A DNA stretch of 62,867 bases, the filler included, from Atractiella rhizophila (lineage: Eukaryota): NCBI GenBank assembly GCA_021432655.1. It is 8 parts of 8 records of this genome, joined end to end, with 100 filler letters (N's around TTAATTAATTAA, not from the genome) between each part and the next. Parts side by side here need not be neighbours in the genome. Positions count along the whole stretch, not along the records: positions 18,303 to 27,321 come from MU272129.1; positions 27,422 to 33,286 come from MU272130.1; positions 33,387 to 42,338 come from MU272131.1; 5 more parts are not named here. One strand, given 5' to 3'. Position numbers and translations under genes: made by a program. Within the stretch, counting starts at the first letter, position 1. Every line of letters starts with the position of its first letter. Of this stretch, positions 23,162 through 35,773 are shown one piece after another. The notes under the pieces are model-generated. The model saw nothing but the letters and a program-made list of their open reading frames with translations. It was not told the DNA's origin and searched no databases.

Positions 23162-24487
23162 CTTGCGCGAGGCGACTCCTCTTGGCAGCGAGTAGGACCT
23201 CTTGAGGAGCTCGGTAAAAGAGCCGTGTCGGGACATGTAGCGATTTCCATCCTTCCAGCGGCGTGAACGGAGATCCAGCAACCATTCTGGAGCTCTTCCA
23301 TGAAATGTAATTGGCTGCTAACCCGTGGCAACAACTGTCAATGCTTTTGATTGGCTTCAAGCGAGATTCCACGGAGGTTGATAGCTTTGGTTGATATCAT
23401 ATCCTCCTGCATTCATTGACAATGTGATCCGTAGTTTATTTGATACGAAGCACCTTTGCCGCTGCGGAAACTCATCGGGAGGAACCAACTATCCTATGAA
23501 CGTCGGTTGAGCAGAGAGGTGTTATAAAGATCATTCGATAGCTTGAATGAGACGGCGACGAGAACACAAAGAACACAAACTGACTACTATTTCTGTCTGG
23601 TTGAATGGACAGGCAATAACCTAGTTTCCTGTATCAGATGTGACCTGGTCAAATATCATTTTGAAACGCACGATTTACTGGCGAAACTGAGTCGATGCAT
23701 TCGTTAGCAACGACAACCCTGCAAGTCATCAGCACTTTGAAATCAGACATCGCACAGATATTGCACATCAAACCTTGATCCCTCTCCATAAATGAATAAG
23801 TGGGGAGCATCTGGCTATTACTTTAAAATCTAAAACTCAAACAGCACTTTGAAACTATGAATTGTAAGCAAAGGGAAGGCACGCCTCAGAATTGATGCAT
23901 CCTCTACCTGGTATGAGTACAAAGGAAGAGGATCCCCTTGCTTATTTTGTTCGAGAAAGGGTGGATCTTTCAAAAAGGATACAATATTGTCCATGTAGCA
24001 TCCTGAGGGTTCTTCATGTTGCTCTCACCACTCTGTTGCAAGCATCGAGGACAGAGCATTTTCTCGAGCTCACCACGCAACTATATTTCAAATTATTCTT
24101 CTCTGCTCTCCGCTGAGAAAGGGCAATATCCCCCTATGGTGTCAACATGAAGAACGAACTGAGGAAGGAGAAAGGCAGGAGGGGTACACTTGGCTACCAA
24201 CCGGTCACAGTCTCCACACATTTCCCCAAACAGAATCATCTGGAGTGGAAGGTCATTACCACATCTTTATCACTAGTACTTAGACCAACCAGCCATTTTA
24301 CTTCCAGGAACACTGAGGTTGTGTCGGTGACTGTTCCATCGTTCTGTACCTCTTTGCCAGCCCATTACCGAATGTATCAAGATGGTCAAAAGTGAAAGGT
24401 TAACGAGACGGTTAGCGAAGTCCTCCGCGACCGGGATAGTATAAGAGCAGAGAAACTGCTCGTTGAGCTGTTCCCAAGTATCCAGCC

Positions 24488-25167
24488 ATGATGAAACTTG
24501 CAGCCTTTCTCGCTTTCACTCTGTCCGGCGTCCTCAGTTCGCCAGTTAACTTGCAGGAAAGAGCGAAGATTGATGTAAGTTCTTGCGATTGTAACCAACA
24601 GTCACCCAGCCTGAATCAGCGATTATAGATTACAGGCAACAACTGTAGAACAGCCTGTGGAGCCATAGGCGGGTACGTCTTCTCTTCGCTGTTAAGTGCT
24701 ATCTGAAGAATGAAATAGCGGCCCGAATGGAGTATGGATTTGCACAATTTCAAACTTGAAAGATTGACAGAATTGTGAAGGCCGATTGTTCAGCTTTGGC
24801 CAATGAAATCGCTGCTGTATGTCCTTTTGTTCTTCTTAGAATTATTCTCATTTTTCGCGATGCAGATGCCAGGACGTATTGGCGTGGGCGCGTCTAGCAG
24901 TCGCATCTTTACGCATGGTTCATGCACGATCGCATTGTGCCCTCCTTCCCTTTCCCTTTCGCTGCGGCATTTGCTGATACATGGACTGCCAGTTTCAACT
25001 TCAACCCGGACAACACGTATTTGTACAACGCTGATTATCTAGCCCAAGTGGGAAGGATTGTGGACGATACATGCGTGAATAAAGGAGGATTTCAATCCGG
25101 AAAGTGCATTTTTGGAGATGACACAGCGCCAAATGGGCAGGTGTTCATTCAAGTGTCCCATTCCTAG
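24488..25167 (+). CDS. Small secreted Cys-containing protein (effector-like), copy 1
   Basis: MMKLAAFLAFTLSGVLSSPVNLQER (signal peptide plus propeptide). Short exons ITGNNCRTACGAIG, ADCSALANEI, RIFTHGSCTIA and DDTCVNKGGFQSGKCIFG..VFIQVSHS*. Confidence 0.75.
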
Positions 25168-25403
25168 GTGCAATTGTGTTGATTGGCGCAAATACCAATG
25201 TTTCTGCAATCTGAACCCACTTTCTTCTTCTTCATGCTGACATTCTCTCCTCAGTCTAATAATGCAAGTATCGCCGCAACGTAGGAGATTTCATTCTCCG
25301 ATGCTCAATGAAAGGTTAACGAGACGGTTAGCGAAGTCCTCCGCGACCGGGATAGTATAAGAGCAGAGAAACTGCTCGTTGAGCTGTTCCCAAGTATCCA
25401 GCC

Positions 25404-26083
25404 ATGATGAAACTTGCAGCCTTTCTCGCTTTCACTCTGTCCGGCGTCCTCAGTTCGCCAGTTAACTTGCAGGAAAGAGCGAAGATTGATGTAAGTTCTT
25501 GCGATTGTAACCAACAGTCACCCAGCCTGAATCAGCGATTATAGATTACAGGCAACAACTGTAGAACAGCCTGTGGAGCCATAGGCGGGTACGTCTTCTC
25601 TTCGCTGTTAAGTGCTATCTGAAGAATGAAATAGCGGCCCGAATGGAGTATGGATTTGCACAATTTCAAACTTGAAAGATTGACAGAATTGTGAAGGCCG
25701 ATTGTTCAGCTTTGGCCAATGAAATCGCTGCTGTATGTCCTTTTGTTCTTCTTAGAATTATTCTCATTTTTCGCGATGCAGATGCCAGGACGTATTGGCG
25801 TGGGCGCGTCTAGCAGTCGCATCTTTACGCATGGTTCATGCACGATCGCATTGTGCCCTCCTTCCCTTTCCCTTTCGCTGCGGCATTTGCTGATACATGG
25901 ACTGCCAGTTTCAACTTCAACCCGGACAACACGTATTTGTACAACGCTGATTATCTAGCCCAAGTGGGAAGGATTGTGGACGATACATGCGTGAATAAAG
26001 GAGGATTTCAATCCGGAAAGTGCATTTTTGGAGATGACACAGCGCCAAATGGGCAGGTGTTCATTCAAGTGTCCCATTCCTAG
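25404..26083 (+). CDS. Small secreted Cys-containing protein, copy 2 (identical)
   Basis: Same sequence as 24488-25167 shifted by 916 bp. Confidence 0.7.
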
Positions 26084-26965
26084 GTGCAATTGTGTTGATT
26101 GGCGCAAATACCAATGTTTCTGCAATCTGAACCCACTTTCTTCTTCTTCATGCTGACATTCTCTCCTCAGTCTAATAATGCAAGTATCGCCGCAACGTAG
26201 GAGATTTCATTCTCCGATGCTCACTCTAGGCACAACTTCCCGGTTCAGCCCTGGTCAGCCACTAGCCACTACACAGCTCTTCATTCCCCCTCAGGGGTAT
26301 GAGCAGCTACAACAACTTCCTCCTACTTCGACCATATCGCTTTCGAGACACAAACTAAAGGATTTTGAGAAAGGTGGATGACGGAATGGCTCGTTGACGT
26401 GTTTGATGCAATAGGCTGTCGCTACGCTAGGAAGGTGCGCTGCAATTTATTCAACATCAGGCCACTGCGACTGGGTCTGTTGTGGGACATCTCGAATAAA
26501 GTAGCGTCCCCGATCCTTTGCTTCCAGTAGGGTTGGATACTCCAAACTGTTTCAATAGACCAGTTTGGCGTTGCAGCCATGAGAGCTCGAGGGAGTCCCC
26601 AGGCTGGGAGGGAGATGAACATGAACTGTCCGGTGCCAGCATCCTGAAATCATGCCTTTTCCTGAAAGCGGTTTCCACTCGGATGGACTAGTCCGCACAC
26701 GTCAGCCCTCGCAAGCCTTCTTCATGGCATCAATGTCCTGTTGTTCGAACTCCACAATTACATCTCTAGCTGCGGTCCTGCTATTCTATGCTTCAATAAG
26801 CTCATCAGATGAAGGGGTGTACACTGAACGGGCGAATCATGCTGTGCACCCTCAGGGTATTTCATCTTTTGTATAAATGGCCTGCTTCCTTCGTTTGGTG
26901 TCCCCAAGCAATCAAACACCAAGTCTCAATTATACTTAACTTGGGACTAAAGCCGCATATCCACA

Positions 26966-27321
26966 ATGTCCGAATCCGAGATGAACAAGATCACACTGTC
27001 CGCTCAAGACTTTCCTATCGACGAAGTGACTTTATATTCTAAGAGAGCGGAAGTCTCTCGAACGGTCAACTGTGCCTTGAAGAAAGGGGACAATGAAGTC
27101 GTAGTCGGGAACTTGCCAACTTGTTTGATCCGCGAGACACTCAAGTATGTCACACTACTACCCTCAATTGACTTACATTACTTACCGCGCTAAACAAAGG
27201 GTTGACGGTTCTGCTGAGATTAACACGATCCTAAAGTACGTGACGTATCAGGTTGTGGATGTGGAGCGAGTGTCTTTGAACTCGTCTGCGGAATACAAAG
27301 CCCTTGCGGCTCAAGTAAACA
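26966..27321 (+). CDS. DUF4140/DUF4139 (MuiA-like) protein, N-terminus, truncated
   Basis: PIDEVTLYSKRAEVSRTV..LKKGDNEVVVGNLP..ETL|RVDG matches the DUF4140 N-terminal pattern. Confidence 0.8.
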
Positions 27322-27421
27322 NNNNNNNNNNNNNNNNNNNNNNNNNNNNNNNNNNNNNNNNNNNNTTAATTAATTAANNNNNNNNNNNNNNNNNNNNNNN
27401 NNNNNNNNNNNNNNNNNNNNN

Positions 27422-27785
27422 TCCCCCTCCCACGCCTCTCATCCACGCAGGCAGCCACGACACTTCGTTCCGTCCGCCGCTCAGCTGATCGATCGTAGGT
27501 TGAACAGGTAACGGAGCTGGACCAGAGGGCTCGTAGTAGCCGGGGAGCCCATCGGCTTCTCCTCGTCTTCGTTGGTCTTCAAGTTCCCTTGCATGGAGGA
27601 CAGAGTTTTGGGCTGCTCGCTGTGCGTAGGCTTTTCGGAGGCGACGGGTGTAGAGGAAGCGGGAAAAGATGGCGACGCAGATGAGAAGAACGATTGCTAG
27701 TCTGTGCACAGATGTTGGTTAGGAGGTAGGTGAAGGGAGGAATGGATACGAACGCTATGGCGCTGTAATACCTGTTGAAGAACAT
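27422..27785 (-). CDS. Small single-pass membrane protein, truncated
   Basis: TM segment AIVLLICVAIFSRFLY, then basic RRLRK and a Pro-rich tail with LPGYYEP. Confidence 0.55.
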
Positions 27786-28448
27786 ATTGTCAGTATCTAT
27801 TGCTGGTGATGAGAGAGACTAGGGAGGTGCAAACCGCCAAAATCATGAACTAATGAAATCATTACATCAGTGAACTGGTTTCACTGCTTGCTGGAAGGTC
27901 CGTATCTCCCTACGGCTCTCTTTCCCCAGGCGTCGGTCGGTTCCCGACATAGGGATGTAAAGCCGTATGAAGGAGCTTGCCCAGCAAAAAAAAGGAGAAA
28001 AGTCACATGCGGCCTAGGCCGGCAGGAATGCTAAGCCTGCTCCTCTTTCCACTTGGCACGATCATCAAACCGACAGCCGGGGAGAAGATACCGTTCCCAA
28101 CCCAAACGTAACAGCTGAGAAGGTGGGTATGGATGACTGGACAGGCAGGACAAGAGACCAAAGTCTGTAGGCGGCAAACCTCGCGCGAGCACACGCTGAC
28201 CACTCCAAGGCTGGGCTCCCCGAAAAAGAGCTGGAGAGCCGACGGAACTTTGGATCGGGCCACTCTTTCTCTCGCTCCATTCCTTCCATGACAATAGTTG
28301 AGGAAAAGGAAAAGGAAAAGAAATGACAATTGTGGTAAATATGATCAATACTCTGGAAGGACAAGCATAACAGTGACACTAGCATTAAGCACCAAGGGAA
28401 GAACTTCTCCCCTACATGTACTTCGTGAAAGGTAAGCAATACACATAC

Positions 28449-28606
28449 GTAACGGCTGCTGGCCCACTCGGGCTCCCATCGTTCCCATTCCCAGCAGTCT
28501 CTTGAGCCGCTGCCGTCGTAGACGATGACGTTGGAGCGGTGACAATACAATTTATGAGACAGGGAAAGCCTTCCGGCGAGGAAGGGAAAGTGGGAATGCC
28601 AGACAT
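28449..28606 (-). CDS. First exon of a small S/T-rich protein (PCLINC motif); downstream exons unclear
   Basis: MSGIPTFPSSPEGFPCLINC..AAVT followed by a GTATGT donor; paralogous to 29055-29212. Confidence 0.45.
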
Positions 28607-29054
28607 AGCTTCTTCAGCAGCCGGGGGGGAGTGGGAATGGAAGAGGAAAGCAAAAGCAACAAGGGTATAACGGTTATATAAGATATTCGGTCTGTAGGCG
28701 CTATGAATATGTACTCGTTTGCCATGCCATAAAAAGCGGGAGCGTACTTCACTCATTAGGCATTGCATTGAATACGGTCTGAGGCTGGGCTGTCCCCGAG
28801 AGACGGCAGCGGTAATGGCTCACTTTATCGTCCCCTCTCGCAGCCCTCTTACTCCGGTCTCTACAGTATAGTGTTGAAGAATGATAGCACTTCAGGAAAT
28901 GTAACAATTATCCCTCGTGCTCCAGTAATAGAACAGCAGACATGACGTCTTCAATGAACATGAACAATGGACGCGGCACCAAATGGCCCAATGCAGGGAA
29001 AGCCCTCTCTGACCTCTACAGATGATAGCGCGAGAAGCGAGAGAATGAACTCAC

Positions 29055-29212
29055 GTAACAGCTCCTAGTCGATTAGCTCCATCCGGCCATCCATTCCCCG
29101 ATCCAGTTGTCACCTCTGCCGGCGCAGTTGTCGAAGTGGTTGTCACTACATCGCAGTTCACGAGACATGGGCTCTCAGTGGGAGACGCAGGGGAGGTAAG
29201 TGTGGCAGACAT
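29055..29212 (-). CDS. First exon of a paralogous small S/T-rich protein (PCLVNC motif)
   Basis: MSATLTSPASPTESPCLVNC..GAVT followed by a GTGAGT donor at the same codon position. Confidence 0.45.
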
Positions 29213-29460
29213 CGCTGGCAGACGAAGAGGAAGAGGAAGAAGGGGAAGAAGGAGATGAAAGGAACAATAAGAAGAGAAGATCGGGTGTGATGCCGTCGGC
29301 AGGAGTGGGATCATGATAAGTCCTGGAAAGGAAGATGCCGATGAATCAAATGTGTAATACCCGACCCCAACTTTTGCTTCCAGCGCGTCTATCTGGCTAT
29401 ATTATCTCCAGCTTCCCCTTCCACATCCCTTCAGAGTCCATCGCTCTGACGCATAGAAAT

Positions 29461-32099
29461 ATGGCTGATAACCCTGGAAAACTCTTGGAGCTGGAAGAGG
29501 TCGCGAAGCACGCGTCCAAGGAGAGTTGTTGGGTTGTTCTCCATGGAAAGGTTTATGATGTTACTGAGTTCTTGCCTGGTGAGTTATCGTTCTCTTTTTT
29601 GCTGCAAACACTTTTTGTGTTTACTGTTTACTTTATCCTCTTGTTACCGATAAATTCGGAGTTTGCTGACATTGTGTGCATAAATCACAACGTCATTACT
29701 TGTAAACAACTAACTGATCATGCCCAGCTGCTACATTTCCTTGAATTTGTATCGTATTAGAGCCCCTTTGACTTTCTAATGTCTAGTCTCCTCCCTGGAT
29801 GAGAGCAGGAACAAAAAGCGCTGAATATGCACATTCATTCGTGGTCTTTCTGCGAAACGGAGCGACCATAATTTCTACATATTCTTAATGGTAAGCAGGA
29901 ACGCTGAGAATTTCTCAATGAACGTATGGCTACACTTTCTGTGTATCTTCCTCCTCGTTGGACAGATGACGCTGCTTGCCGTCAGACTCGGCACTCATAG
30001 AATTCTTGGCATGTGCTGCATGAAATATTACAGTACATCGCACTCAAGCTCAAGCGTAGAAGTAACTTTAGAGCTATAGGCATGGTAGCATCTCGTTGTT
30101 CTTTTTGTTTGCCTTCTTCTCTCTTATTTATTACTTTCATCTAATCACGACTCATACTGATGTTTGACTTGGGTTGCAGAGCACCCAGGTGGACAAGCTA
30201 TCATCCTCAAGTATGCTGGGAAGGATGCAACAGAGCCTTTCGACCCCATCCATCCTCCAGATACATTAGACAAGTACTGCTTCCATCCCTCCTTTCCTCC
30301 CTCTAAAACCCAATACGCAGGTTCCTGCCGAAAGAGAAACACCTCGGTCCGCTCTCGAAAACCTCCCTCGAAGTCCTCCGGAAGACTCCAAAGGAAGTCT
30401 CGTCGGATGAGAAGGAGCGGGAGGAGCGGAAGAAGAACCTCCCACCTCTGGAGCTTTGTTTGAATTTGTACGACTTTGAGAATCTGGCGAAGACGGTGAT
30501 GGCGCCCGCGGCGTGGGCTTATTACTCTTCTGGCTCGGACGATGAGGTATTGTATTCTTATTTACCGTTTATTCTTCGAGTTATGAATTACGAGGCTTAT
30601 ATCTCCTCTGCCTGTGCTGTAGATAACGATGAGAGAGAATCATTCGGCATACCAACGTCTCTGGTTTCGCCCACGAATCTTACGGGACGTAACGAATGTA
30701 GATTTCAGCACCACAGTCTGTCTCCCCTCCTTTTGCTTTACGTTCGTCCGATTACTGATTCTCGGCCAGTTACTCGGATGCAAATCCTCCATGCCCATGT
30801 ACATAACTGCCACCGCTCTCGGAAAGCTAGGTCATCCAGAGGGGGAGAAGAACCTGACTCGAGCGGCGCATACGCATGGAGTCATTCAGATGGTTTGTCC
30901 TCCCATCCCCTTTCTCATTTTTTCTGGAGAAACTTGGGTCACGCGGTGTATTTATTAGATTCCGACACTCGCTTCGTGCTCTTTCGACGAGATTGTGGAC
31001 ACTGCTCAGCCGGGTCAGAACCAATGGTTCCAGCTTTATGTGAATAAGGATCGCAGTGTGACGGAACGGATTGTGAGGTGAGTTTCGCGTCACAGCCTCC
31101 TTATTTTTGTCTTTTTCCCTCAACTCACAGCTTATCTTGTCGATGACAGGCACGCGGAGAAGAGAGGCATCAAGGGTCTCTTCATCACCGTTGATGCACC
31201 ACAGCTGGGAAGGAGGGCGAAAGATATGAGGATGAAGTTCGAAGATGTGGGGTCGCAGGTCCAGCAGGTTTGTTCTTTCCTCCCACGTTACACCTCTCTC
31301 ATTATGTATACTCAACCGATGATATGGTATAGGGAGATTCGAGTGTCGATAGAAGCCAAGGCGCCGCGCGGGCGATATCGTCATTCATCGACCCAGGGCT
31401 CAGTTGGAAAGACATGAAATGGTTCAAGAGCATTACGAAGATGCCGCTCATCCTGAAAGGAGTACAATGTTGGGAGGCTCGTTATCTTCAGTTTCCTTCC
31501 GCACTTCATCTTTCGCTGACTCTGGTGCTGGAATAGGACGCAGTCCTGGCTGCCGAGATGGGGCTTCAAGGAGTCGTCCTCTCGAACCACGGAGGTCGTC
31601 AACTTGATTTCGCAAGGAGCGGAATCGAGATTCTTGTTGAAGTGAAGCGTGAGCTTAAGCGTCGAGGACTAGACAAACCAGATTTTGAGATTTAGTGCGT
31701 TGCTTTCGTTCCTATCAGTGGTTTAATCTGAAAAGGGGCAGTGTCGATGGCGGTGTTCGAAGAGCTGGTGATATTCTCAAGGCCGTCGCTTTGGGTGCTA
31801 AGGCCGTTGGCATTGGAAGGCCATTCCTTTATGCATATAGTGCATACGGACATCAAGGAGTGGAAAGGGCTATACAGATCCTGAAGGACGAAATGGAGAT
31901 GAAGTGCGCCCCTCAACTCCAAAAGATTCATCTAACGATGTTTGACAGCATGAGGCTCATTGGAGCTAGGAACATTGAGGAGCTCGTGCCTGACATGATC
32001 GATACGCGTAACATTGGAGCTCGATCGGTCGATAGCGTACCGGATCACCTCTACAACGCTAACTATGAGCCACTGGAGTTAGTCAAGAGCAAACTGTAG
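29461..32099 (+). CDS. CYB2: Flavocytochrome b2-like FMN-dependent L-2-hydroxy acid dehydrogenase (cytochrome b5 domain + FMN_dh) with C-terminal SKL
   Basis: [75 protein letters not shown]; ends KSKL*. Confidence 0.93.
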
Positions 32100-32926
32100 A
32101 GACAAATTCAGAGCGACATTGGTGTGTTAAATAGTTTTCTGCTTTGTTTGAAATTGGATGTTGGATGCCACTTTCATGACCTGGAAAAGGAGGCGATCTT
32201 TGATTTTTTAAATGACTTTACAGTAACACAATTTGAGTTTCCGACGAGGCGACTTCCAATGAGGTGACTTGAGCCATTATGTGTCATCTTTACAATGTTT
32301 AAATGAACACACTCCTCTTCCCATTAGAACGTGAGTACAGCCATAGTGTGTTTGTTGGCAAGCCATTCCGAATCCCATCATTAATTTATCTGTCGGAACG
32401 AGCAGTCAACCAGAGTCACTGTTAAGTCAAGAAGTGCCAAAATTTTCAAATTCGAACCCTCTGAACACAATGAACATCAGAACATTCACAGGAAATATTG
32501 TCAGATTGGAAGGCTGGGGAGGAGTGCATTCTGTTGAGGAGACCAGCGGTATATCATAATCGATGGACGGATTGGAAGCAGGAATTGCATGGAAGGGTGT
32601 CTCAAGGGGAAGCAGAGGAACATTGGTGTGCTTTTCCTTTGGAGTATGAGAAGCGATTCTCTCATATCTCGGTTGTCGGCAAGCTGCCATGAACTTGCAT
32701 TGGCCTTATTTAGTCCGCTGCTTTCTTCAAAGTGCCTCAGATTGTCGCCCCTTCGTTTTGACTGAATTAACTCACCTTGTCGTCCCCATGGCACCAATCG
32801 ACAATATTGCCTTCCTGTGGGCTGAGTAATGGGTACGGAATAGTTGAACGACCGGAATCCGCACATTTTTTGCCAAGTTGAAAAAGTTTTATAAACAGTG
32901 TCTTTCCATTTTCAACAGATACGTCA

Positions 32927-33286
32927 TCATCGCTGTCCAGTTATCTTCGGGATCGTTTCCACTCCATTCATATTATTGACCACCGCTTTAACCTCCATAT
33001 AAGCGCCAGTGTGCTCGATGTACTCTCGAGGCATTTCATTCAATAGTCCAAAGATGATACCACCAGCCCACCATGGAGAGAGACCAAAACGGTCATGTAA
33101 AGGAGAACCCGCCCATCGAATCGATTCAAACTGACCAGCTCTGCATTGCCACTTAAAGCGATGTCGGTATGGCTTCCCATTCCTCTCTCCAAAGAAGCGG
33201 CACTTCGCAGCCCATTCTTCGTCCAACAGGCTGTGTAACGCGTCTACTTCCTCTGTCGTATAAAACTCTGGAAAGACAGCGGCCAG
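32927..33286 (-). CDS. C-terminal fragment of a hypothetical protein
   Basis: Frame open from the scaffold end (LAAVFPEFYTTEEVDALHSLLDEEWAAK..) to the stop at 32927. Confidence 0.4.
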   Translation of the reverse strand: MAAVFPEFYTTEEVDALHSLLDEEWAAKCRFFGERNGKPYRHRFKWQCRAGQFESIRWAGSPLHDRFGLSPWWAGGIIFGLLNEMPREYIEHTGAYMEVKAVVNNMNGVETIPKITGQR

Positions 33287-33399
33287 NNNNNNNNNNNNNN
33301 NNNNNNNNNNNNNNNNNNNNNNNNNNNNNNTTAATTAATTAANNNNNNNNNNNNNNNNNNNNNNNNNNNNNNNNNNNNNNNNNNNNCTGATCAGGTGGT

Positions 33400-35084
33400 T
33401 CAAATCCTCAAGCACCTCACCGTCCGTCCCATCGTCACCGCCACAAAGCTGCTCCCACCAGCCGACGCATGAGTTCCGCTCCAAGCTATGCTTCCCACCT
33501 CGCACTGAGCAGAGTAAGCGAAGACCGGTTCTCGGATCGTCTGAGTCGTCGTCCCCGCGTCTTTCTTTGAGCGGGAGGGAGGGGAGGAGGAGGCTGTGGA
33601 GGGAGAAACGTCCCATAGTAGCACTTGCGAGTCGTCGGCTGCCAAGGTGAAAATAGGCATTAACCATCAGCGAGAGTATATGGAGAAGAGAGTGACGAAC
33701 AGCATGAGCCGAGTAACGATCCGTTCCCTGTTGCGTAACCTGGGACTGACCAAGCTATACCGTTCACATTCGCCTTGTGAGCCTTCAATTCGTAATTCGG
33801 CACTCCAGGACTCCTAACATCGAGGATCTGAATCGAATTCGAATTCGCATGAAAAACAGCCAGCATATTAGGATTGCTAGGATTATAAGCGAGTCTAAGA
33901 AGCGGAGTAGACGGTGTCGGGACATTCGAATTCGCGACGGGAGGAGTATTATTATTCGCGCTGCTACCCCTCTGCTTGCTCGAATGGGTTTGGGAGACTC
34001 CCTTTTCATACAAGATGGTGCTATGTTCCAAACTCCTCAAATCGAACATCCGCACGCTCCCGTCCGCTCCAACACTGGCGAACACGTCTCGTTGTGTGGG
34101 CGACCATGCGACATCGAAGACTTCCTTGTCGTGTGCGATCAGTTGGGTCAAGGCGGTGCCGCTGGAGATGTCCCAGATTGAACAGGTCGTGTCTACACTC
34201 GAGGTTGCGATTAGGGTGGGATCGATGGGACACCAGGAGAAGGAGGTGAGTGGTGCCAGTTGGGATGATTTTGCCTGGTGGTTCGTGAACAGGAAGAGGC
34301 GTTAGTGACGAAGATGACAGGTGTGAAAGGAAGAAACCAAATGTGAAGTACTATTGGGACTAGATTTGAGCTGAAAACTGTGGTACAATCTCATCTAGCC
34401 TGACGTTGCTTGCGCATGTTTAAGGCACAACAATTTATGTCAAGCAGGTTAATTAGAACACATTTTTCGTCAAGGATCACAATATTCAAGCTCCAAGATA
34501 CCTTCTCAACACTTTCCACATTGCATTGACTCTTTCACGAAGTATCGGTGATGTAAACGCCACCTCTCTTTGTCTTTGCCCAGAAAGTGGATAAATAGAC
34601 GCACATGTTGTAGCACTTGCTTCTGCACTATCCTCGGAGCAGTCTTATTCCTCCCACTACCCGATCCATCGTCTTCAATGAACTCCCACAACCTCAAACA
34701 ATCGCTCGTAGTGCCCACCATCTCCTTCTTCACACCATTATCGCTACTCGCCAGCGTAGGCGGACCAAACTCCAACGCCGTGACCGGATACTGATGCTGA
34801 GCCCTCGCAAGTGGCACGAAAGAGGAAGTAGTGGAAGCGTTCCTGAGCGGAAGCGGACGACGATCCTCGTTCTTGTCCTCCAAACTGAGTTGATACAAGA
34901 CCAAGCTGTCGAGTCCGACGACGGTGACGAAGTTGTCGCCTTGGCCTGAGGAGAGGTAAGAGCCGATGGCGAGTCGGACGTTGGCGTTGCTGTGGGTCGA
35001 GGACAGCGAAGAGAAGGACAAGGCGAAGGTGGGCGAGGGCGACTCGTAGTCTAGCGCATCGCGAGTGGGAGTATGGCTTGACAT
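33400..35084 (-). CDS. DCAF7: WD40 protein, DCAF7/WDR68/AN11 (TTG1) family
   Basis: APLTSFSW..TSSVDTTCSIWDI..TQLIAHDKEVFDVAW..FASVGADGSVRMFDLRSLEHSTILYE. Confidence 0.93.
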
Positions 35085-35773
35085 TTTGGCTATAGTTTTT
35101 GGGGACGTTGAGCAACAAAGTGGTGGCTGTCAGGGCAAAATGCAAGCGGGAAGGTGGAGCGGACCATCCGATCCGCGCATTTCTTCGTCCATCACTAACC
35201 ACCACCATGAAAGTAATCAAAGGAGAGGAATAATTCAGCTGTGTGCTTGAGAGAAGGGATAGGGGCCAGAAAATGTTTTCACGCAGCTGGTGCGCCGATT
35301 TGCTCCAAAAATGAAGAGGTACTATGAGTTGCATTACTGTCAAATCATGGCATTATTTGCTTTTGTGCTCTTTGCACAGTGCGGAGCCTTGTACATGGGA
35401 CTCTTCGTCCTCCTCTAGCAGACTATGACGCCGTAAGACACACTGAAATTGAGAGTTGACTCTTTTTCAGCGCTAGATGTGGCATTCTATGATTCCCAGT
35501 TGTGTACACTCGCTGGTACATCGTGTAGACCAATATAGACGGACTCTGAAGCGCTTTCGTTTCACACGCATGTGCCTGCAACTTGAGGCAGCCAGGTTTA
35601 GATGGAAAGGCTTTCAATACGCTTGTTATTGAAACTTCCATTTGAGCGATTATGAAAAGTCATAAAACCATGACAGACGCGTACGCTGAATTTAAACAAG
35701 AACTGTGACCTTTGTTTCATTTCATACCGAAACCAGAATCAACACGGATACCATTTGTAGCCTACGTTTGACA

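Larger units (their letters stand above)
24393..26223. repeat. Apparently perfect 915-bp tandem duplication (24393-25307 and 25309-26223)
   Basis: Identical ORF translations offset by 916 bp; no differences seen by eye. Confidence 0.95.

Noticed and set aside
23370..23450. GATA-like motifs upstream of the siderophore transporter as iron-repressor (SreA/Urbs1) sites
   Set aside because: TGATAG, TGATAT and TGATAC do not match the extended ATCWGATAA consensus; too weak to call.
29579..30179. TPP riboswitch or box C/D snoRNA in the long CYB2 intron
   Set aside because: No convincing conserved aptamer core or terminal C/D box pair was found by eye.
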